NCBI GenBank assembly: GCA_051294375.1
Contig: CM119267.1
Span: forward strand, 15,058,722 to 15,122,721
DNA: 64,000 nt
From: Paraspadella gotoi
Taxonomy: Eukaryota > Animalia > Chaetognatha
Reading direction: 5' to 3'
The position numbers and the translations under genes were made by a program. Below are positions 55,301-64,000 of this stretch, in pieces (the stretch's first letter is position 1; every line of letters begins with the position of its first letter). Below the pieces are notes generated by a model. That model worked only from the letters and a program-made list of their open reading frames with translations. It made no database searches and was not told where the DNA came from.

Positions 55301-57594
55301 CTTCCCAAGCATAAAGCTTTAGAACCTGAATTCCGTTGAGTATTTCATTGATAATCTTGACTCGAGAATCTTTGATTTTCATGTATTCACTCTGATTGGC
55401 TTTTTGTTTGCGTGTGATAAGTATGGTTGTAGGCACCAAGACACATAGCAACACCAGGCCAGTTAAAAAAGATGGCCCAAGTTGTTGCCATAATAGGTAA
55501 ACATAAATAACCAGTTCTGCGGGAATGATTAATCCTTCTAGAAAAAAAATCAGATAGAAAAACTTAGGTGAATCTTGGTTGATGAGGTTGACCATTTCAC
55601 CCACTGTTGATTTTTGTCTTGACTCAACAGACAGTCGCAAGCTTTTTGAAAACACGGCATTTTTCAACGTTCTATCAATCTTTAGGCCCAAAAATGTTCC
55701 ACACCATATGTAAAAGACAAACGTGGAGGCCTCCATGAAGTTACAAACAGTCAGAGTAATCACATAAAGGACTCCTTTCCAACCCCATTCTTCCATAAAA
55801 CCACTCATTTCTTTTCGCCGCTCCAAATGCTTTAACAAAATTCCCAAAATCAACGGCTTGACGATCTCAAAGACGATGCGAAGGCATTGAAGCATCGCCA
55901 AAGAAAAAATATTCCATTTAAAGCCAGATAAAACAGTTCCACAAGCGGATTTTGCCAGCCAATGGAATCCTCTGGACCTTCTTAGTTCTGCCTTCTTGAT
56001 CCCTGATCCGTCATCCAATATCAAATCTTCCAAATCTTCACTTTTAAGAGAAACACCCAAAGAATTTTTTCTGTTATTCTTGGATTTTAAAACAAAACCC
56101 CCGTGATTAGCTCGACGAGTCGGCACTGTCGACCTCCATCTTGAATGAAAGACATCGGACAAATACTGACTCTTGCAATCCGGTGGAATGTCGTCCAGGT
56201 CTTCTTGAACCAGTTCTTTTTTGTAGCCGCGAATGAGGAACGGAGTAATCCAGGCATAGACCAGGCGGGATGCCGTGCTTGCCTGTAAGAATTTTTTTTT
56301 TTAATTTTTAGCAACTAAACCCAGAAACAAGGTTAAAAATATGAATTTTATTTAAACAATAGTTAGTAAATAAAAAAACTTACCTTGTCAAACGGAGATT
56401 TTGATCGTGGAACGGAAAGGTTGAAGCAGTTGAGAAAGAACATCGCGATCGAAGCGACGGAGACAATGGCCGCGCAGACGCCGTACTCAAAATCTAACTC
56501 CTTTTCCCCCAGCAGCCGCTCGTCCACTTCATCCTTTGATGTTAAGTTCGAAGCCACTGGCCACGATCCTAGCTGCAGCGCGGGCAGCGTCTGCAGCAGC
56601 ACTACCGACTGTAGAGACGACGTCAAAGCCCAGAAAAAGAACAACAACAGCCCCAGCGGGAACGAGGCATCGGCGGCCTCTCTGAAGGCGACGAACAGAG
56701 CCAAAGTGGTGGAGAGAATAAGGAGCTGTGGAGAAACCAGGGCGAAGGGCGGAAGAGACGAGCCGGTAAAGGTGCGCATGTGAAGTGACAGGAGGGCGGC
56801 GGCTGCGGCGGCGATGGCGCAGCTGAGCAGCAGCTTGACCGCCAACCAGAATTTGACGCGGGGCGGAAATGATCGCCAGGATGCGGCGAAGGGGCGGCGG
56901 CGGACCAAACTGGAAATGAAGCCGAAGGAAGGTTAAATTAGCTAAGTTGTAGAGGAACCGGTTATAAAAATATCAGTGGCCAAAACTGAAGGTTTTAAAA
57001 ATATCAGTGGCCAAAACTTGTTTTTATCTTAGAAGGAATGATATTTTTTTTAAACTGAAACCACAGATTAGCAGAAGAAAAGAATGATTTAAATTATATC
57101 ATTATCTTTGGGGCCTTAACCCGCCATAGTTTGTCCGAAGTCAATGGCCAGGATAGCTAATTATCAAATGAATAAATAATTTTTGGTATCGGTCATGCCA
57201 ATTTTAAAAATTAATTAGTTGTTAGTCTTAGGATGTTAACTTACTTCCCCAACGAGGCCAGGACGCCGATAATCAAAAAGAGACCAGGGATCCAAATCGG
57301 AGCCGAATGAAGGAGGCAAAAGGAGAAGCGAGGCGATCCCGTGTTCCAACTCTCGTCCCAATCCCACAACACCCCGGCGCCGCAAAGAGGCCGGAAGTAA
57401 ATGTCATCCTTCGAGGAGGCTTCCCCGGCGCCAGGGGTCGCTGGGCCATTGGTGGTGCTGGCCATTTCGTCGATTGCAATGATGGTGGAGGCGTTAGTTG
57501 CGGTTATGATGGGCGGGTCTGTCGTGGACGAGATTTGGGCTCCGGATGATGAGATGGCGTCAGTTGTGGCGTTCAGGATGAAAAAGTTCGTCAT
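52395..57594 (-). CDS. ABCC1/MRP1-like long multidrug-resistance-associated ABC transporter; coding exons 57594-57245, 56909-56384 and 56282-52395 (about 1587 aa)
   Basis: Exon 1 has LCG...LWDWDESWNTGSPRFSFCL, resembling the MRP1 N-terminus; exon 2 encodes hydrophobic TMD0; exon 3 has lasso-like SRLVYAWITPFLIRGYKKELVQEDL, NBD1 (GQVGSGKS, LSGGQ, LLDDPLSAVD) and NBD2 (GRTGAGKS, VLDEATAAVD). Both introns are GTAAGT...CAG and phases match (2, 0), giving 4764 nt in total. Confidence 0.92.
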
Positions 57595-57842
57595 GGTGCA
57601 GATGGTTTAAATTGGACTCTGCTGTTGGAAGGATGGTAACATTTAATTTATGGGAGAGAGAGAGAGAGAGAGAGTAGAGAGAGAGTAGAAGAAAGAGAGA
57701 GAGAAGAAGAGAGAGAGAGAAGAGAAGAGAAATTTTATTTCCGCCCGAAAAACGAAAATTTTCCGTTTGGTGAAGCAAGAACTATTTACCTTTTTTAAAA
57801 TTAAATCATAAGAATAATTACAATAACTCGTGATCGTTAAGG

Positions 57843-57905
57843 AAAATTATTTGTTTGTTTTAAATCGCGATCAAAATTATTTGTTTGTTTTAAATCGCGA
57901 TCAAA
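57843..57905. repeat. 30-bp tandem duplication (AAAATTATTTGTTTGTTTTAAATCGCGATC) x2
   Basis: Seen directly, upstream of the ABCC start. Confidence 0.85.
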
Positions 57906-57978
57906 TTTTTTTGATCTTTTAAACCGAAAACAGAGAAAATCTCAGCGAAGAGCCGGTGTTTTCAATGGACACGAAAGA

Positions 57979-58123
57979 GTTGCGCAACATCATCCGCGCT
58001 TCCTGATTGGTCTAAATTAGAAGGGGATTCTCTCCCGATTGGTTTCGGATGTCGTCTTGGGTCCGAAGACCAACATTTTGTACTTAAAAGCAAGTCGGAA
58101 TGATAAAGAAGAAATGATGCAAC
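57979..58123 (-). promoter_or_regulatory. Candidate ABCC promoter (two CCAAT boxes, C/EBP palindrome, C/EBP-ATF-like site)
   Basis: GTTGCGCAAC 57979-57988; GATTGG at 58005 and 58037 (CCAATC on the minus strand); ATGATGCAAC 58114-58123. A possible 5'UTR intron spans about 57620-57789. Confidence 0.4.
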
Positions 58124-58504
58124 ATGCGTAAAATGCTATTTTGGGATTTTTTTTTTATAGTGGCAATGATTGCGAAATAAATGTCTCTGTTTGTTTTTAA
58201 CTTTTTTTAAGATTTATCTGATAAGTCAAGAAGATTCCATTTCGAAATTTTAAGAAAAGTATTTTTTAATTTTCTAAAAATAGATTCATTATTCATATCT
58301 GCTTCACAGAAATATAGCCTACATAACAAAGGTAAAAAAAGTAAACAAAGGTTAAAGATAAAAACCTTCAAAATGCTTTTGATAGAAATTTCTTTCAAGA
58401 TTACATTTTAGGTTTTCCTAAAATTAGATTAAATCGTGTTAACTTCCTAAAAACTTACAAATTGTTTATTGTGTATAAACTATCAATTTCGTTGGGTTTT
58501 GAAA

Positions 58505-58692
58505 TTTAGGAGAAAAAAAACAATTTATTTGTTTTTATCAACGAATTGTTTTATTGTTAATACATGTTTCGACTCTTGAGTTTTAGAGTTTTAGAACTGA
58601 TGAAGACTCTAAAACTCAAGAGTCGAAACATGTATTAACAATAAAACAATTCGTTGATAAAAACAAATAAATTGTTTTTTTTTTCTCCTAAA
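58505..58692 (+). mobile_element. Near-perfect inverted repeat with 85-bp arms and a minimal hammerhead-ribozyme core (Penelope-like element/retrozyme relic)
   Basis: Arms 58505-58589 and 58606-58692 are reverse complements apart from one homopolymer length. CTGATGA 58597-58603, stem II GACTCT/AGAGTC (58605-58610/58619-58624), GAAAC 58625-58629, then AT-GTA. Confidence 0.75.
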
Positions 58693-61600
58693 GATTGTTT
58701 ATTCAAATATAGTGATAAATCAGCAATGAACAAATTCTATGATTCTCTGTTGCTACTTACTTTCCCCCTCTTTCTCTTCTTCAGTCTTTTCTTCTCCGCT
58801 CTCTCTCTNNNNNNNNNNNNNNNNNNNNNNNNNNNNNNNNNNNNNNNNNNNNNNNNNNNNNNNNNNNNNNNNNNNNNNNNNNNNNNNNNNNNNNNNNNNN
58901 NNNNNNNNCTCTCTTTTTCTCACGCTTTCTCGCATTATCTCCGTCGTGTTTTTATCGCCAGGATTCTTTATATTCGAGCTGTAAAAAGGGATCGCGTGTT
59001 TTTCTTAGCTCCTGAGGGCCGAACCCTTTGCATTTCGCCGTCCATGGGATAATTTACTACGAGGCCGTCGGAGCTGCGAAGGTTTTTCTTTGCAGCGCGG
59101 ATGGTGAGTTTGAGTGGGGATGGAGGAGGGTGGGTGAGTGGGGAAATGGGGTGAGTGGAAGAGAATAAAATAGTGGGAGTGGGCAAGACGGGATGGTAAA
59201 ACTAAGGCGGTTGATATAAAAAATATTATTGGGGGAGTTAGGAGGGTGAATCAATAAAGAGGAAACGTGAAAGGAAAGTAAAAAAAAAATAAGAGAAACT
59301 GAAAGAAGGAAATAGAAAAGTAAGACGAATCCAGAGCATGAAGAGAAGAAAGTCAGTTACTTGGTGGAACACAGCTTCATAGATTTTGTCGAAATATCGA
59401 AATATCGATATTTAAGAAATATGATTAGTGGTTATTTGATCCAAAAAGTACAGAAAAAAATTTTTAAAATAAAAACAAAGAGAGGGAAATGTACCGACAA
59501 AAGACGGACTAGCAGACTGACAGTCTTAGAAGAAAAAGCGTCGAATCTCAAAACAACGACTTCATTTGTTTTTGATCGAAAAGAATAAATCAGTTATTTC
59601 CCGTCCAAGAGGTCGGCGTCGGGTTCGTCGGGTCAGGGTCCACGTCATCACCTTTTTTTTCCTTTCCGCTTTTTCTCACTGAATCAAAATCGCGTCAAGA
59701 GGAAAAGAAAAAGACGCGGAAAGATGGAGAGATAGAAAGAGGGAGACGGAGGAGGAATGAAAAAGTAGGTCGAAGAAAGAGAGATGAAAAAGATTTACAA
59801 ATAAGGGGTCAAAAAAAAGTATCCCTTGAACAACGGGTAAGTTAAGAAATAGATTGGGGTATGTTTATTGTTTAATTAAATTAATTANNNNNNNNNNNNN
59901 NNNNNNNNNNNNNNNNNNNNNNNNNNNNNNNNNNNNNNNNNNNNNNNNNNNNNNNNNNNNNNNNNNNNNNNNNNNNNNNNNNNNNNNNNNNNNNNNNNNN
60001 NNNNNNNNNNNNNNNNNNNNNNNNNNNNNNNNNNNNNNNNNNNNNNNNNNNNNNNNNNNNNNNNNNNNNNNNNNNNNNNNNNNNNNNNNGTGGGGGAAAG
60101 AAGAGGGGGCGGCTCTCGATGTTCATCTTTTTTTATCGTCTCCCTCGCGTCTTTTTTTCTCCCTTTTCCTCGACGGCTGCGGCTGGCTGCGGCGCACGCT
60201 GCAGAGTTTGCGGCGGCGACGGCGGCGGCGCGGATCCTGGCGGATGACTCTGGAATCGTTCGTTTGAAAAAAATGTTTTTCTTCGCTTTTTTTTTTTCTC
60301 TTTCTCCTTTTCAACAAATTTTTCTTTCCACAGAGAATCGAAGAGGCGGATAGAGAGAACGAGAGAGATAGAGCGAAAGAGAGGGAGCAACAGGCATGAT
60401 CCCTGGAGAGCAAGGGCCTTGGGTGCGCCGCCGCCGCCGCCGCCGACAAAGACTGGGCGCCGACGAGAGAAGAAAGGGATGAAAAGTATTCCTGAGTTTC
60501 GGAAGGCGGTGTGAACGGGGGACGGAAGGCGCCGGCGGCGCGGGTCGGAGATTGGGCGCCGAGCGGCGTCGCTATTCGCCGAGCGGCGCGCCGCCGCGGC
60601 GAAGAATCCCGCGAGAGACGAAAAAGATGGAAGCGGCGGTGGCGGCGCCGAACCCGAGGCGTCGCTGATCCGTGGCGGCGCCGATCCGTGCCGAGCGGGC
60701 GGGCGGGACGTCCGGGAGAAGGGGCGGCTCCGGTTGGGTGAAGACGGTCGGGGCGGACGCCGCCAGGGATTTTAAAAAGGCGGGGGGGATTAGAGAGGGA
60801 AGGTGTAATGGGGAATGGAACGCAGGGAAGGGATTAGGGAATGGGACAAGGGGATTAGGGGAAGAAGGGGATTTGGTGATTGAGGGATGCGATGATGCAC
60901 AATGGATAAGAAAGCGGGAAAGGAAGTGGTAATTGAAGGGAGCGAGCGCTATGAATTGTAAAATGTAACATGTGACATTGACTAAGCGGAAAAATAAAAT
61001 GTGAAAAAAGACAATTGGGGAGAAGGGAAAAGGGAAAGAAAGTCGCTGGGGGAGCGGCGACGGCGACGGCGACGGCGGCGACGGGCGGCGGCGGCGGGGC
61101 GGGCGGCGCCAGCGGCGAGAAAAGCGAAGGGCGTCGATTAACAACGGTTTAAGGAGAAGAATAAAAACGAAGCGAGGAGATGGAGGGGGCGGGGGCGGAG
61201 GGGGGAGGGGGATTAGAGAAGGAAAACGGGGACGAAACATTGGAGGATAAAGTAGGGTCAGACTCTTACAAGTAGATAGAAAGCAAAAAAGGAAAAGGGT
61301 TAGGCACGACAAGGAACGAGAAGAAAACTGAGGAAAGGAAAAGAAAAAGAAAAGGAACAAGGAAGAGAAGGAGGCGAGGAAGACAGAAAGAGGAGGCGAT
61401 AACGAGAGAGCGAGAGAGGAGGCGCGAAAATGAGCTTCCCAGACGGTTTTGTGAAAACTAACAATGAGATAAATTAAGCGAGAAAAAAATTAATGATTTA
61501 CTGCTCTGCGCATAATTAGTCGGTCTTTAAAGTATCTTCGAAAGCATCGCGGGAGAAAAGAGCGAGGACACTGTCATGGTGAAATGTTTTTTTTTTACAG

Positions 61601-64000
61601 AATAGGACGCAAAAAAAAAAAAAAATAGAGATTTTGTATGCAGCCAGTCAGATTCAAGATCCTCTTAATTTTTTTCTACTGATAAGGACGAGCTTTGCTT
61701 TTAAATCGAGTTTGACGAAAAAGCAGCTCCTGAGGAAGGGAGGAAAACTCATAGAGTTGATACGCGCTATTTTATTTGATCTATATCGTATTGTTAAATT
61801 CAGAACAATGTCTGGTCCAACTTTTCAACCGTATTTAGTATTCACATTTAACGTTTCCAGATTCTCCGTGGTGAATTCCAGTATTAAACGATTCCACTCA
61901 CTCTACACGATTCCATTCTCGTTCCGGATTCCATTGTTTTGAATTCCATTGTTTCGATTCCCTTCGTCGTCTCCGCTAAACAGAACCTTCGGCCCCCTCG
62001 CTTCTCAGAAGGGCGTCGATGAGAGAGAGGAGCGGAAATGAGAAGCGGGAACCGGAGAAGCGAATTGAGATGGAATCCTGAGCGATTGGGTTTTGGTTAC
62101 ATCCTTGAAATTCAAATTTTCAAAATTTTCAAACTTTTCAAAAAAAGCTGCCATGTCGTATGAGTTAACTTGAATCTGAGATTGAGATTGGCATCGTGAG
62201 AATTACTTCATAAAACGGCCAAGGTTATTGACATAAGTTTGTGTGTACGTATCATAATCATACGGTATCATAATCAAAAACTTTAACAAAAGTATTTCAC
62301 TTAACATTCAACTGTACCACTATGAAGGACGTACATAAGAAGTGGTCTCACTCACCCCGCCGTCGCACCGCCCCGCCACCCTACCGCCCCACCCTCCGTC
62401 GCCCAACCGCCCCGGTCAACCTCGAGTCGGAGACAAAAATTATGATCTCCACTCCATCACGGCGTTTCTCTGTGACTCTTCGACTAACGCGTTCGGCGCC
62501 AGAACTTCCGGTCCTCGCGCCTTTGAATAATTCATTGATCTCGTTAATGCACTTTCGGCCACAGTTTTTTTTTTCTTTCTTTTTTTTGTGATGATTGATG
62601 AAGTGATTTTTTTTCTGAGTGAACGAAGTCAGCCCAGTCGCGGAACGTGAAAAGTTACATATTTAGGCTCGAGACAGGACATGGTGCAGAAATATTTTTT
62701 TTTAAATTTTGAATTTCGTTATGAACGTTTTTTAATAAAAAGTGATGTTGAATAATGATAATAATAACAGCTCTCGAACTTTACATTTAAAGTGAAATGT
62801 TTAATCAGTTTAATGTAAAGTTAAAAGGTTCTAAGAGTAATTATTTTAGAATTATTTAAATCAAATTTTTACTAATAAAAAATTACTTAGTATATCTTCA
62901 TAGATTTGATAGTAAAAAGTACGAAAAAACGTTGCATTTAAACACTGCCGAACCAAGCAGAACTTGCCACGGTGCGGAACCGAGTCGCTACAAAAGGAAG
63001 AAAAAAAGTTCGCCGAACGATTAAACTCTCTCACCAATTGTGGGCGCGGGCGGTGGGCGCCTCGAGCGAGAAAAAAAAGAGGCGGACTGGGTGACGAGAA
63101 GAGTAATCGACGCTCAGAAGACGTGGATATGTGGGCGCGGTGCTGGGCGCGGTCCGTGGGCGTCGTTGGGAGAGAGGAGGGAGCAAGGCGCGGGTGAGTG
63201 ATCCCGGCCGTTTAATGGCCCGAGTTACGGCGCTAATTTCGCGCGGCCCATCTTTTATGCATTGGACGGAGGGTTACGGCCTCGGGACTCCATTTCTTGA
63301 CCGCCGCTACTTTGAAAACCACTTTGGTATATGATGTAAATTAGCTAGGGAATTCTTTCTTTTTTTTCCTTTTTTTTTAAGAAATGAAACAAAGTTTTTT
63401 TTCTGTCTGCAGAAATTGTATAAATTGCATAAATTAATATTTTGTTTCAGTAATTTCATAATTATGTTATTTATTTTTTTTTTTTACCATTTTCGATCGT
63501 TGTCGATATCTTATCAAAAAATAATAACGCTTTACAAAACGTTCATTCTCTTCCCGTCTCCGCCATATTTTTTTCTCCTTTTTTCCGATCTCTCCACGAA
63601 AACTGCTATTTTGTTTTGGATTCAAATTCACCGTGTCCATCTGTCGACCGATTTTTCTTCAGTGTTTGTTTTCGTTTCACTCTCTCTTTTTTCTTTCTCC
63701 TTTTTTTCCTCATCAGAATTCAAATAAATCTTGGGTCTTCCTCGTCAGAAATTAATCTTGATGACAACAAACCAAGTGTCTGCGGAAAATCCAAAACCTG
63801 ATTCTTCATCTTCTTTCTCCACCTCCGTCGTTTTATATTCTCTCTTCTTTTTTTTTCGTCTCCTTTTCTTTTATTTGGGAGTCTGTAAGAGGCCGTTTTC
63901 TTTTCTTTATATATATTTTCCTTTTTCTTTCTAGAATTTTTTTTCCTATTTCTTTCTCAAATTAACAATCGCCGCAAGCAGAAGCAATTACCATTGCAGT

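Noticed and set aside
60090-61420. Long Pro/Arg/Gly-rich ORFs
   Set aside because: Purine-skewed low-complexity sequence with (GGC)n runs beside a gap; no supportable protein.

Overview
Eukaryotic genomic DNA, most likely from an invertebrate animal. It has GT-AG introns, AT-rich spacers, GC-rich exons, many (GA)n, (CGA)n and (CAT)n microsatellites, and five N-gaps. Recognisable genes are: an intronless SLC16/monocarboxylate-type MFS transporter (+, 12038-13471); two tandem intronless cytochrome P450s (-, 24047-25465 and 27345-28745) that both appear to lack the N-terminal membrane anchor; a five-exon GH47 class I alpha-1,2-mannosidase (-); and an ABCC1/MRP1-like ABC exporter (-, three coding exons, about 1587 aa, with the whole core in one 3.9-kb exon). 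The 9.4-kb CYP-CYP-mannosidase block appears twice, with a third 2-kb fragment between the copies. The pieces are joined by two 25-N gaps and carry scattered 1-bp indels, so the duplication is most likely an assembly or haplotype artefact. The main non-coding signals are two related long hairpins with minimal hammerhead-ribozyme cores (Penelope/retrozyme-like), one upstream of each transporter gene, a tRNA-like structured element between the P450s, and clusters of X-box and CLEAR/E-box motifs. Most ORFs in the supplied track are microsatellite or antisense artefacts. All calls were made by eye; no database searches were run.
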